This document shows positions 1 to 10,051 of a DNA stretch of 64,000 nucleotides, in pieces. This DNA comes from Escherichia coli (lineage in GTDB: Bacteria; Pseudomonadota; Gammaproteobacteria; Enterobacterales; Enterobacteriaceae): NCBI RefSeq assembly GCF_030384885.1, contig NZ_CP128613.1. One strand, given 5' to 3'. The notes under the pieces were generated by a model. It was not told the origin of the DNA, searched no databases, and saw only the letters and a list, made by a program, of their open reading frames with translations. How positions within the stretch are numbered: position 1 is the first letter of the stretch; each line of letters opens with the position of its first letter. Position numbers and translations under genes: made by a program.

Positions 1-24
1 ATTGGAGATGGAAAAGTTTCTAAA

Positions 25-840
25 CTAAAGAGTGTAGCGTATTTTAACGTGCTTATTTACAGGATAATATTTGTCACCTAATTCCTGCACTCTATTAGAT
101 ACCCATTGATTTAATCGTGCATCATCTCTGTATGTTTTCACATTCAGAACGGAGAGCAATAACATCACTAGCGATTCAGGAAAAACAGGGTAAATATTTT
201 TTAAGTGCAATAATAATTCATACGCAAGCGCCTGCTTAATAGGTGCGTCTGCATCCGGAATGCGCGACATTTCGCGAAGCCATTTTTCTACATGCTCACA
301 TTCTTTCCCTTCACGGAAAAGTCTCAACAAAGGCATATGGTGCTCAAGAAGAATGCATTTGCAATCTGTTCGTACTGAATCGATAAACTGCACTAATTTC
401 TTAAGTCCGGTGAAGCGTCCGGCATGGATATTCTCTTTAATATCAAGAAACACGTCATCCTGATCATATACCCAAACGGTCCCTTTTTGATTTTCAAGTA
501 TCCGAAAAACAAACTTAATCGGGTAATCAGGGTAATCCACCCAGTCATAAACTCCAGGGAAATCATTAAATTGCACATTTATGGTAAGCGCATTGTCGGC
601 TGCCCACTCGCAATCTCGTACGGCAGCCATGAGATAAATGAGTTTATCATCATCGACTAAATCATCACGACAATCATAAGGATAATCATAGTATTGTTTA
701 ATCAAAACCTTGAATATATCGACACAAGAAACCAGTGTACTTCTGATATCTTCAGGTAACTGATTGTTTTTAAACGTATTGTGTACGCTTTGTTTCGTAT
801 ATAGCAACAAATTATTGTGCGGCGCTTTTAATGGTATCAT
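25..840 (-). CDS. yahL: Uncharacterised protein YahL-like
   Basis: 271-aa ORF, the length I recall for K-12 YahL, in the expected position next to yahK; no recognisable catalytic motif by eye. Confidence 0.7.
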   Translation of the reverse strand: MIPLKAPHNNLLLYTKQSVHNTFKNNQLPEDIRSTLVSCVDIFKVLIKQYYDYPYDCRDDLVDDDKLIYLMAAVRDCEWAADNALTINVQFNDFPGVYDWVDYPDYPIKFVFRILENQKGTVWVYDQDDVFLDIKENIHAGRFTGLKKLVQFIDSVRTDCKCILLEHHMPLLRLFREGKECEHVEKWLREMSRIPDADAPIKQALAYELLLHLKNIYPVFPESLVMLLLSVLNVKTYRDDARLNQWVSNRVQELGDKYYPVNKHVKIRYTL

Positions 841-1005
841 TGCGATCTCTCTTAAATAAAAATAAACGTCGCAGATAATAAAGCCCTGATTAAACCAGGC
901 ACTATCAGAAATCGCTCATAACTAATATATGCAGCATTGTGTACTGGAGGGAATTAATTTAACAATTTGAATTTACGTTATAGATTTTACTGCTACTTTG
1001 ATAGT

Positions 1006-1047
1006 ATTTCGCCCTTCTTAACTAAAAAGTTAAGTGGAGGGCGAAAT
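1006..1047. terminator. Inverted repeat (10-bp stem ATTTCGCCCT / AGGGCGAAAT, inner palindrome in the loop) just downstream of yahK
   Basis: Read directly from the sequence between the yahK stop and the yahL start; no strong T-tract follows, so terminator function is uncertain. Confidence 0.3.
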
Positions 1048-1082
1048 TAATATGTTAAATCATAGAGCATTTATTAATTTTT

Positions 1083-2132
1083 TCAGTCTGTTAGTGTGCG
1101 ATTATCGATAACAAAACGATATTTCACATCACCACGTAGCATTCGCTCATAGGCTTCATTAATTTGATCGGCCCGAATCATCTCTATATCAGCCACGATG
1201 CCATGTTCGGCGCAAAAATCGAGCATCTCCTGTGTTTCTGGAATGCCGCCAATCATAGAGCCGGCTATCGCGCGGCGTTTCATGATCAGGTTGAAAACTT
1301 CCGGCGATTTATGCGGTGTCGCAGGCGCACCAACCAGCGTCATGGTGCCATCGCGCTTCAGCAAGGTGGTAAAATCGTCGAGATTATGTGGCGCAGCTAC
1401 GGTATTCAAAATGAAATCGAAACTCTTCAGATGAGTCGCCATCTCATCGGCATTGCGTGAGTTAACAACTTCATCGGCCCCCAGGGCTTTTGCCGCTTCG
1501 CGTTTTGACTCAGACGTGGTAAACGCCACTACATGCGCCCCCATCGCGTGGGCCAGCTTTATCCCCATATGCCCCAGACCGCCAATGCCGACCACTCCCA
1601 CTTTTTTACCCGGCCCGGCCTGCCAGTGACGTAGCGGCGAGTATGTGGTGATCCCTGCACACAACAAAGGCGCCACCGCCGCCAGCTGCTCTTGCGGGTG
1701 ACGAATACGCAGAACATATCGCTCATGAACGACGATCTGTTGTGAGTAGCCGCCCAGCGTATGGCCCGGTTCATCCGGCGTCGGCGAGTTATAGGTGCCG
1801 GTCATGTGATCACAGTAGTTTTCCAGCCCATCTTCACACTCTTCGCAATGTTTACAGCTGTCGACAATGCAGCCGACACCGACCAAATCGCCCGGTGCAT
1901 GTTTTTTTACCTGATCACCAACGGCTACCACGCGCCCCACAATTTCATGACCCGGCACGCAGGGGTAAACCGTCCCCGCCCACTCGGAACGCACCTGGTG
2001 GATATCGGAATGGCAGACGCCACAGTAAGCGATTTCGATTTTGACATCATGCGGTCCCGGTTCACGCCGGGTAATATCCATCGGTTCCAGCGGTTGTTTA
2101 GCGGAATATGCACCAACAGCTTTGATCTTCAT
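1083..2132 (-). CDS. yahK: Zn-dependent NADPH alcohol/aldehyde dehydrogenase (MDR family)
   Basis: 349 aa; catalytic zinc motif GHEIVG, structural-zinc cysteine cluster (CKHCEECEDGLENYC), Rossmann motif GIGGLGHMG. Confidence 0.9.
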   Translation of the reverse strand: MKIKAVGAYSAKQPLEPMDITRREPGPHDVKIEIAYCGVCHSDIHQVRSEWAGTVYPCVPGHEIVGRVVAVGDQVKKHAPGDLVGVGCIVDSCKHCEECEDGLENYCDHMTGTYNSPTPDEPGHTLGGYSQQIVVHERYVLRIRHPQEQLAAVAPLLCAGITTYSPLRHWQAGPGKKVGVVGIGGLGHMGIKLAHAMGAHVVAFTTSESKREAAKALGADEVVNSRNADEMATHLKSFDFILNTVAAPHNLDDFTTLLKRDGTMTLVGAPATPHKSPEVFNLIMKRRAIAGSMIGGIPETQEMLDFCAEHGIVADIEMIRADQINEAYERMLRGDVKYRFVIDNRTLTD

Positions 2133-2218
2133 TGTGTTTACTCCTGATTAGCTATGTGTATTTGGCGATGCCTGATATGTCATCGCGGCAAAACGCGTCC
2201 ATTGAATATAGCCAATAT

Positions 2219-3205
2219 TTAAACCACCCGATCCAGCCCCAACATGCCGCGAGCCTGAATGAAACAGAGCAGCAACGTTCCCCATAAGGCCATCGTCAGG
2301 TAGGGGCTTATCCCGAGAATATTGAAGCCGCTTTCAATAATTTGCAGAAGAAACAGCGCCAGCACCATACCAATTATCCGCCCGCTGCCGCCGTCCGGAT
2401 TAACCCCGCCGAGTACTGCCGCGAGGATTGACACCAGCAAGTACGATTCGCCATAAGAGGCCTTAGCCGAGTTGAGTTTCGACATCATCAAAAATGCTGC
2501 TACCGCACAAAGCAAGGCGGAAATGACATACACCCATATCAGCACCCGACGCGTGTTAATACCGGAGTAAAGTGTTGCTCGTTCGTTAGAACCAATCAGA
2601 TAAATGGATTTACCGAGCGGCGTTTTCTCCAGCAATATCCACAGCCCCAGCGCCACTGCGGTAAACAACCACATCGGTAGCGGAATACCGAACCACTGTG
2701 CATGATTCAACCACAGCACCCATGAGGGATAATTGGCAATGGCGCTACCGCCTGTCACCAGAATATTTACCCCCTTGAGCAACGTCATCATCCCAAGCGT
2801 TGCAAGAATTGGCGACACTCGAATACCAGCAATCAATACGCCGTTACATAAACCGATTATCACCGCCGCGCCAGCGCCCGCCAGCAGCGTAGCGACAACC
2901 GTAGCAATACCCGGTGGATACTGAGTCGCCACCCACGCCATCACCAGTGAACAGGCGTTAGCAGTGGCAATAATTGACAAGTTAATGCCACCGCAAAGCA
3001 TGGTCACCGCCATAGCCAACGCCAGAATGCCCAGCACGGGCATTTGCGAAGCGACGGACTGGAAATTACTTATCGACCAGAAAATCTCCGGCATAGTAAT
3101 GCTGAAGGCGGCAACAGTTAGCACCAGCAGGCCGATCAAGTAAAACTCAATGTTATTACGCCACGATTTTTTCATAGCAGACTCCGGTTCTGATGCTGAC
3201 TCCAC
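2219..3205 (-). CDS. ABC transporter permease (monosaccharide/CUT2-type)
   Basis: 328-aa highly hydrophobic multi-TM protein; start overlaps the stop of the upstream permease (translational coupling). Confidence 0.85.
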   Translation of the reverse strand: MESASEPESAMKKSWRNNIEFYLIGLLVLTVAAFSITMPEIFWSISNFQSVASQMPVLGILALAMAVTMLCGGINLSIIATANACSLVMAWVATQYPPGIATVVATLLAGAGAAVIIGLCNGVLIAGIRVSPILATLGMMTLLKGVNILVTGGSAIANYPSWVLWLNHAQWFGIPLPMWLFTAVALGLWILLEKTPLGKSIYLIGSNERATLYSGINTRRVLIWVYVISALLCAVAAFLMMSKLNSAKASYGESYLLVSILAAVLGGVNPDGGSGRIIGMVLALFLLQIIESGFNILGISPYLTMALWGTLLLCFIQARGMLGLDRVV

Positions 3206-4143
3206 GCCGTGGCGCTAATGCTGGCAACGATGATGATGCCTGTGATCAATGTTTGCCAGTAAGACGAGACTCCCAATAAATTTAGCCCGTTTTGCATCAC
3301 TGCCAACAACACCACGCCGAGCAAAGTACCGGTTAACGTGCCGCGCCCGCCGAGCAAACTAGTGCCGCCAAGCACCACCGCAGCCAGTACTGTCAGCTCA
3401 TAACCCAGAAGAGAATCGGGGGCGACAGTCATCACCGTCCACGACTGCACTACACCCGCAGCACCAGACATCAATCCCATATAGCCGTAAACGAAAAGTT
3501 GCAGTTTCAGCACGCTAAAGCCGATGCGACTGGCTGATTCACGGTTCCCGCCAAGGGCATAAATTTTGCGCCCTACACTGGTGAAATTCATGATAAACGC
3601 TGTCAGCAGCACAACCGTAATCATGGCGATCAGCGGCAGACCAAGGCCATAGTCATAGCCGTCAACATCGGTGTACTTGAACAACATTACCCCCTGCTCA
3701 AACCACGGCGGAAAGTCGTACAGCCACACACCTTTACTCAACCATAACAGCAGGCCATAGAAAATATTCAGCGTCGAAATGGTGATGATGATAGAAGGCA
3801 CCCGTAGGCGATTAACCAGTAAGGCGTTTATTAAGCCAAGTAAAATGCCGATGCCGCCCGCCAGGGCAAACGCGACAGCAAAGTTGCCACCCATTTTTTG
3901 TAGCAACAGCACCATGCCGTATTGCGCAATGATGGTCATTGCCGGAAACGAAATATCAATTCCACCGGAAATTAACACCACAAACAAACCACAGGCGAGA
4001 ATAGTCAACATGGCATAGTTATTGGCGAGATCGTACAAATTACCGAATGTCAGAAACTCGTCGCTGCGCCAGGCAAGGCCAACAAACAGCCCCACAATCA
4101 GTAATGCCAGCCAGAATTCATGACGTTTTTTCAGTTCAACCAT
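3172..4143 (-). CDS. ABC transporter permease (monosaccharide/CUT2-type)
   Basis: 323-aa multi-TM protein; start overlaps the ATPase stop by 8 bp. Confidence 0.85.
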   Translation of the reverse strand: MVELKKRHEFWLALLIVGLFVGLAWRSDEFLTFGNLYDLANNYAMLTILACGLFVVLISGGIDISFPAMTIIAQYGMVLLLQKMGGNFAVAFALAGGIGILLGLINALLVNRLRVPSIIITISTLNIFYGLLLWLSKGVWLYDFPPWFEQGVMLFKYTDVDGYDYGLGLPLIAMITVVLLTAFIMNFTSVGRKIYALGGNRESASRIGFSVLKLQLFVYGYMGLMSGAAGVVQSWTVMTVAPDSLLGYELTVLAAVVLGGTSLLGGRGTLTGTLLGVVLLAVMQNGLNLLGVSSYWQTLITGIIIVASISATAWSQHQNRSLL

Positions 4144-5635
4144 TTACCACCTCCGCAATCCTGGCCTGAGAACTGCTGTCAGGCAGGAAGCTATGGGTGA
4201 TCTGACCTTTTTGCATTACCAAAATCCGGTGGCTTTGATACCACGCTTCTTCAATTTCATCGCAGATCATCAATACCGCAATGCCATGAGCCGCCAGATC
4301 GCTGATAATGCCGTATATTCCTGCTTTGTTGGCGATATCAACACCGACAGTCGGGCTATCGAGAATCAACAGTCGTGGCCCAATCGCCAGCCATTTGGCG
4401 ATCGATACTCGCTGCGCGTTACCCCCGGAAAGCGTATTCACCGGGAGATGTGGGTCAGAGACTTTGATGGTCAATGCCTTAATTAGCCTGTCCACCAGGT
4501 CACGCACTTTAGCTTCACTCAGAAAGCCGAAGCGATCTTTTACCTTGTGAAAAACAGTGCTAATGATGTTGTCTTCAATAGATTGCGCCATCACCAAACC
4601 GCGCGACATGCGATCTTCCGAAACATAACCAATACCGTGGCGGATGGCGTCCTGGTTACTATGCAGTGTAACCGGCTGACCGTTGATGAGGATCTCACCA
4701 GCATCCGGTCGGGTCATACCAAACAGACTCAGACATAATTCCGTGCGCCCCGCACCAAGCAGGCCAACAATCGACACCACTTCGCCCGCTTCCACCCGCA
4801 AGTTAATATTTTGATATTCCCCATGACGACTTAAATTACGCACCTCCAGCACTGGGGTGCTGGATTTTCCCTGCCACAACTCTCGCACCTGATATTCAAA
4901 CTCCTGGCCGGTCATCAGGAAACCGAGTTGTTTTGTGGTCATCTCTGCAGCCGGAAAGGTCCCGACCAGCTCACCATCTTTCAACACTGAAATACGGTCG
5001 GAAACTTCCATCACCTCTTCCAGACGATGACTGACGAAGACCACGCAAATCCCGCGTTCCCGCAATTGATGCACCACCTGTAATAACCCTTGCACTTCCT
5101 GATGGGTCAGCGAAGCGGTTGGTTCATCCATCACGATCAACCGTGCGTCCTGCGCCAGTGCACGGCAAATTGCCACCAGCTGACAGCGGGCAATTGAAAG
5201 CTCAGAAACGAGCGTATCCAGTGGCAATGTGACGTTAATACTGGTCATTGCCGCCTGCGCCACCTCACGCAGACGACGTCGGTTAACAAACAGACCGTGG
5301 TGATAGTGATTCACGGCGATATTCTCCCAGACACTCAGGTTAGGAAATAAAGAGAGGTCCTGATAAATCACCTGAATCCCCTGCGCCACCGAAGCGGCGG
5401 GTGTCAGCTTTGACCAGTTTTTCCCACCAAGCGTAATTTCCGCCCCCTCATCCGGGCGATAAACACCGGACATAATTTTAATCAACGTCGATTTACCACA
5501 GCCGTTTTGCCCGGCAAGGCAGTGCACCTCACCCGACATAAAGTCGAGAGAAACATCGCGCAGCGCTCGCGTGGCATGAAACGTTTTGTTGATATGACGA
5601 AGGGAAAGGAAGGTTTCCATAGCATCCCCTGGCAA
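4136..5635 (-). CDS. ABC transporter ATP-binding protein with two tandem ABC domains
   Basis: 499 aa; Walker A GQNGCGKST, signature LSGGN, Walker B ILDSP and duplicated cassette architecture typical of sugar importers. Probable true start at the internal METFLSLRHINKTF (~5620). Confidence 0.9.
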   Translation of the reverse strand: MPGDAMETFLSLRHINKTFHATRALRDVSLDFMSGEVHCLAGQNGCGKSTLIKIMSGVYRPDEGAEITLGGKNWSKLTPAASVAQGIQVIYQDLSLFPNLSVWENIAVNHYHHGLFVNRRRLREVAQAAMTSINVTLPLDTLVSELSIARCQLVAICRALAQDARLIVMDEPTASLTHQEVQGLLQVVHQLRERGICVVFVSHRLEEVMEVSDRISVLKDGELVGTFPAAEMTTKQLGFLMTGQEFEYQVRELWQGKSSTPVLEVRNLSRHGEYQNINLRVEAGEVVSIVGLLGAGRTELCLSLFGMTRPDAGEILINGQPVTLHSNQDAIRHGIGYVSEDRMSRGLVMAQSIEDNIISTVFHKVKDRFGFLSEAKVRDLVDRLIKALTIKVSDPHLPVNTLSGGNAQRVSIAKWLAIGPRLLILDSPTVGVDIANKAGIYGIISDLAAHGIAVLMICDEIEEAWYQSHRILVMQKGQITHSFLPDSSSQARIAEVVNG

Positions 5636-5668
5636 TAAGAATCGGGGCTTTCGCCCCGAAGAAATGGA

Positions 5669-6655
5669 TTAATAAAGTGAGTCAATATTGTCTTTGTTGA
5701 CCAGTAATACCTTATGGAAACGGATAATTCGCTTATCCATATCTACGTCGGCCTTACCGAGATTCTCCATTTCTAATCCAGGTTTGATCTCTTCACCCTT
5801 CAGCAACGTGCTGGCGACGGCCGCGAGTGCGTAACCTGCAGAGGCCGGATCGTAAGTAATCCCTTCGGTGATATCACCACTTTTAATCAGTGATGCCGCC
5901 TGTGAAGGGATCATCATGCCATAGACTGCGACTTTATTTTTCGCCCGTTTCTCTTTCACCGCACGTCCCGCGCCAATCGGACCGTTTGAACCAAAGGAGA
6001 CAACCGCTTTCAAGTCAGGATAGGTTTTCATGAGGTCCAGTGTGGTACGACGTGAGTCATCCACACTCTCGGCAACCGGCATGCGGCGGGTAACTTCATG
6101 CATATCCGGGTAATGCTCTTTCTGGTATTTCACCAGCAAGTCAGCCCATAAGTTATGCTGCGGCACGGTCAAACTACCCACGTAAATCACATAGCCGCCC
6201 TTGCCACCCATGCGTTTCGCCATATGTTCAACATATTCAGCGGCAAATTTTTCGTTATCAATGATTTCGATATCCCAGTTAGCACTTGGCTGACCGGGGG
6301 ATTCGTTGGTCAGAACCACAATTCCGGCATCTCGCGCTTTTTTGAATACCGGTTCCAGCACGTTGGCATCGTTTGGCACAATTGTAATTGCATTAACCTT
6401 ACGGGCGATTAAATCCTCAATGATTTTAACCTGTTGCGGAGCATCAGTACTTGAAGGTCCCACCTGTGACGCATTAACACCAAAGGCTTTACCCGCCTCG
6501 ACCACACCTTCGCCCATGCGATTAAACCACGGCATACCATCGACTTTAGAGATATTCACCACGACTTTTTCCGCTGCCTGGAGCGGCGAGGAAATTAGCG
6601 CAGCGCCTAATAACAGCGAAGACACCATATTGATAACAAAACGTTTATTCATCAT
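5669..6655 (-). CDS. Periplasmic substrate-binding protein (LsrB/RbsB-like, type I)
   Basis: 328 aa with N-terminal signal peptide (…SSPLQAAEK); overall resemblance to AI-2/ribose-binding proteins including the C-terminal NKDNID motif. Substrate unknown. Confidence 0.8.
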   Translation of the reverse strand: MMNKRFVINMVSSLLLGAALISSPLQAAEKVVVNISKVDGMPWFNRMGEGVVEAGKAFGVNASQVGPSSTDAPQQVKIIEDLIARKVNAITIVPNDANVLEPVFKKARDAGIVVLTNESPGQPSANWDIEIIDNEKFAAEYVEHMAKRMGGKGGYVIYVGSLTVPQHNLWADLLVKYQKEHYPDMHEVTRRMPVAESVDDSRRTTLDLMKTYPDLKAVVSFGSNGPIGAGRAVKEKRAKNKVAVYGMMIPSQAASLIKSGDITEGITYDPASAGYALAAVASTLLKGEEIKPGLEMENLGKADVDMDKRIIRFHKVLLVNKDNIDSLY

Positions 6656-6905
6656 TTCAGCCTCATTGCAGGGTAGTCAGGAAGTGTTCGCCCAAATTAG
6701 CGCGCTGGAGAGAATAAGAATTTTCGAATATTTTTATGCAGAATAAACAGCCCTATTTCAGGCAGCTATTAAAAATTTGGTTATAAATATGGACAAAACG
6801 GGCAGTAACAATAAGTGTGACAATCATCACGTAAAAAATAGTAAAACAAACACAATTAACGATATTTTATGTTTGTGAGTTTATTTCATGCGGATAGAGA
6901 GTTAT

Positions 6906-7316
6906 CTACACAACTTCAATGAGGGCATATTCTTCAAAAATAACGTCCATTTCGGGTGAATAGCTTCCCTCTGCCTGGAAAAAACGACGGTGTTCATTGC
7001 GCCAATATTCAAGACTAAGATCACCTTCACCTTCCTTACGGGCAAGCTCCGCGGTGACATCAGAAAATCGCAGTAAATGCAGGCCAATCACTCTGATAAC
7101 ACATACAGGCTCACCACGGCTATTTTCTACAATCTTATACTCACCAATCATCGGAAATGCGTTGTCTTCAATACATCCTGCCAGCGAACCACAGGAAGCA
7201 GTTTTAACACCAGTTGCAATCAACGTTGCGAGGTAATCGGCCAACGCTGCTGAATCGCCAAAACTACAAAAGGAAGCATGGGGATATTTTTGTGAGATTT
7301 TTTCTTTTATGGTCAT
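6906..7316 (-). CDS. ASCH-domain-like small protein
   Basis: 136-aa ORF of ASCH/PUA-like size and composition; assignment from sequence resemblance only. Confidence 0.55.
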   Translation of the reverse strand: MTIKEKISQKYPHASFCSFGDSAALADYLATLIATGVKTASCGSLAGCIEDNAFPMIGEYKIVENSRGEPVCVIRVIGLHLLRFSDVTAELARKEGEGDLSLEYWRNEHRRFFQAEGSYSPEMDVIFEEYALIEVV

Positions 7317-7613
7317 GAGAATATTTTCGCGATTACGGAAAAAAAATCACATCTTAATTACTGTCGATAACTATCAGCAAGAGGATCATTGGTTTTTCTA
7401 TGTTTAATCTTTTTTATCCGAAGCAGGTCACATTTATGGCTTGATAAATACCTTTGTTAAAACTCACTTTTGTGTATTTCTCTCAAATAATCCCCTGGAA
7501 ATTATGCCGGGAGATTATAAAGTTCAGGATCATTCATTAACAAACCATTCCCGCCCCACTCCCTGGGGCTTAAATCTCTTACTATTCACCGTTGCAGGCG
7601 TTTCAAATTCGTA

Positions 7614-8996
7614 TCAACCTGCCACACTCCCCCACACCAGTTGCCCTTTATGGAACGTTGCGGTTCTCGGCGAGATACGCGCCACCGCCTCGGCGGAACA
7701 GGAGGCGTCCACCAGCACAAAGCTGGCGTCATCCTGCGCTTTAGGCCAGACGCGCTCGCCTTTTTCGTTGAGCGGCAATACATCACCAGTGGCTAAAAAC
7801 AGCGAGCGGGAAAGGTTCTGTTCGTTAGGGCGAATATAGAGCTGCGCGTACAGATTGGCTTTTTCCAGCATGTCGCCCAGGCCGTAAGGCGACCAGTGGT
7901 CAATAACGCTGTCAGTGCCAGTCATTACTTTTACGCCTTTGTCGTGCAGTTGTCTAAGCGGCATATGCAGCGTGCCAATCGGTACCGTCGAGGCAATAGA
8001 AATTTGCTGCGCCGCCATCCGGTTCGCCAGTTCATCTACCTGTTGCTCGTTGAGGGTAGCCAGCGCAAAGGCGTGGCTGATGGTCAGCTTGCCTTTTAGC
8101 TGCGGCGTTTTCTCCACTGTTTCAACCATATAATTGATGGCCGCCACGCCCGCCGGAGTGGTTTCGTGCAGGTGAAGATCGACGCCTTTGTCGTAGTCCA
8201 GCGCAATCTGGAACATGGTGTCGAGGGATTTTTCCATCGCGCCATCAACACTGGTCGGGTCCAGCCCGCCAACGTAATGCGCGCCTGCCTGCATTGCTTC
8301 ACGCATCAAGGGTTCCGATTTCGACAGCAGCAAACCGTGCTGCGGGAAGGCGACAATTTCACACTCGAAGCCCGCCTGACGTCGCGCCAGCACCGCCTGC
8401 AAATTTTGCAGATTTTTCAGGCCGGAAACCGGTTCGATATTGCAGTGGCTGCGGGCAATGGTGGTGCCTTTCGACTGCAATAAATCGATCAGTTTTTCTG
8501 CCCGCTCCTGCGTGTAGGGTTGCAGTTCCGGCAGCATTTTTTGCTCGAGTTTGATCATGTCCTGGATGGTGGTGCCTGCCGGGCGATTGAGCGAGCGCCA
8601 CGGTCCGCCGTAAAAGGTTTTGTCGAGATGAATATGCATGTCGCGAGTAGTGGGCAGCATCAGCTTACCGCCAGCGTCATATTGCGGCAGCGTGGCGTCC
8701 GGATGCTGCTTGTTCTCATGTAGCGCAACAATTTTACCGTCCTGAATCTCCACGGTCTGGCGCGCCGTGCGGGTCTGCACCGCCACACCGTTTTCGTAGT
8801 CAAAACCGGTTTCCAGCAGCACGTTATCAAGATAGTAATGCGGGTCAGTGATTTTCATGGTGTTATTCGCGTCGCAGTGGGTTGTGCCAGAGACCTCCGC
8901 ATGGGCGAATGGCACAGAGGTACCAAACAGCGCGGCGGCGGTGACCATCTTACCGCTCTGGCTCAGAAATTCACGGCGGCTATTGTTTTTTTTCAT
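7614..8996 (-). CDS. yahJ: Tat-exported amidohydrolase/deaminase (metal-dependent hydrolase superfamily)
   Basis: 460 aa; N-terminal twin-arginine motif SRREFL followed by a hydrophobic stretch ending AHA; HxH-type metal-binding motifs of amidohydrolases. Confidence 0.85.
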   Translation of the reverse strand: MKKNNSRREFLSQSGKMVTAAALFGTSVPFAHAEVSGTTHCDANNTMKITDPHYYLDNVLLETGFDYENGVAVQTRTARQTVEIQDGKIVALHENKQHPDATLPQYDAGGKLMLPTTRDMHIHLDKTFYGGPWRSLNRPAGTTIQDMIKLEQKMLPELQPYTQERAEKLIDLLQSKGTTIARSHCNIEPVSGLKNLQNLQAVLARRQAGFECEIVAFPQHGLLLSKSEPLMREAMQAGAHYVGGLDPTSVDGAMEKSLDTMFQIALDYDKGVDLHLHETTPAGVAAINYMVETVEKTPQLKGKLTISHAFALATLNEQQVDELANRMAAQQISIASTVPIGTLHMPLRQLHDKGVKVMTGTDSVIDHWSPYGLGDMLEKANLYAQLYIRPNEQNLSRSLFLATGDVLPLNEKGERVWPKAQDDASFVLVDASCSAEAVARISPRTATFHKGQLVWGSVAG

Positions 8997-9005
8997 CTTA
9001 CGTCC

Positions 9006-9956
9006 TTACGTTTTAATAATATGGGTGCCCGTTTCGCCACGCAGCGCCGCGGGCAGGCATTCCGGCGTGGTGATAATCACTTCTTTACCGCCCTGTTCCA
9101 GGAACGTCAGGCTGGCGATGATTTTTGGCAACATGCTGCCTGGCGGGAAATGCCCTTCCTGCATATAGCGGGTCATGGTGGCAATATCCACCCGATCCAG
9201 CGCCTGCTGCTGCGGTTTGCCAAAATGAATACAGACTTTTTCCACGCCAGTGGTGATCACCAGAATGTCGGCGTGAATTTCACGGGCCAATAGCGCGGTA
9301 GAGAGATCTTTGTCGATAACCGCGTCCACGCTTTGGTAATCCCCCGCTTCACTGCACACCACCGGAATTCCACCGCCGCCCGCGCCAATTACCACAAAGT
9401 CTTGTTGGATCAGCGCCTTAATGGCAGGTGCTTCGACAATACGTTTCGGTTCCGGCGAGGCGACCACGCGGCGATAGCCGCGTCCGGCATCTTCAACAAA
9501 ACGCCAGTCAGGGTTAGTCTTTTGTAATTCGTCACGCTGGCTGTCACTAAAGAATGCGCCGATGGGCTTGGTGGGATGGGCAAACCCCGGATCGTTTTTA
9601 TCCACTTCCACCTGAGTCACCACAGTGACGGCTTTTTTCTCGCCGTGGCGCGCCAGCCGATTGTTCAGCGCCTGTTGGATCAAGTAGCCAATGCCGCCTT
9701 GCGTATCTGCCACACAGTTCGCCAGCGGCGTTAAGGGCAGCCCTTCGCGCTCGTGGGCAATCTCCGCACGGCGTAGATCCAGCCCAACCTGCGGCCCGTT
9801 GCCGTGGGTCAGCACAATGTCGTAATCGGAAGCCAGCATTTCCAGCACCGTATCGGCGACGGCCTTCACCGCCTCCGCCTGATGCTCAATCGACTGGCTG
9901 GCGTTATCTTTGATAATGCTGTTGCCACCAATGGCAACGACCACAAGCTCTTTCAT
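9006..9956 (-). CDS. yahI: Carbamate kinase-like protein
   Basis: The track ORF (9006..10073) carries an N-terminal extension overlapping yahG; the start at MKELVVVAIGGNS gives 316 aa, with a typical carbamate/amino-acid kinase N-terminus. Confidence 0.85.
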   Translation of the reverse strand: MKELVVVAIGGNSIIKDNASQSIEHQAEAVKAVADTVLEMLASDYDIVLTHGNGPQVGLDLRRAEIAHEREGLPLTPLANCVADTQGGIGYLIQQALNNRLARHGEKKAVTVVTQVEVDKNDPGFAHPTKPIGAFFSDSQRDELQKTNPDWRFVEDAGRGYRRVVASPEPKRIVEAPAIKALIQQDFVVIGAGGGGIPVVCSEAGDYQSVDAVIDKDLSTALLAREIHADILVITTGVEKVCIHFGKPQQQALDRVDIATMTRYMQEGHFPPGSMLPKIIASLTFLEQGGKEVIITTPECLPAALRGETGTHIIKT

Positions 9957-10051
9957 ATTGTTATGTCCGCTACAGAGGGTGATGAGGTTATGAAAGTGAG
10001 GTTGCCCCTCTCCCCAGAAGGGAGAAGGGATCGTAAAGTGCACTTTGCAGG

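Noticed and set aside
3172-3205. Apparent 1-nt offset between my hand count and the track coordinates at the permease/permease junction
   Set aside because: Most likely my own counting error; track coordinates are used for ORFs, and self-derived coordinates are stated as approximate.
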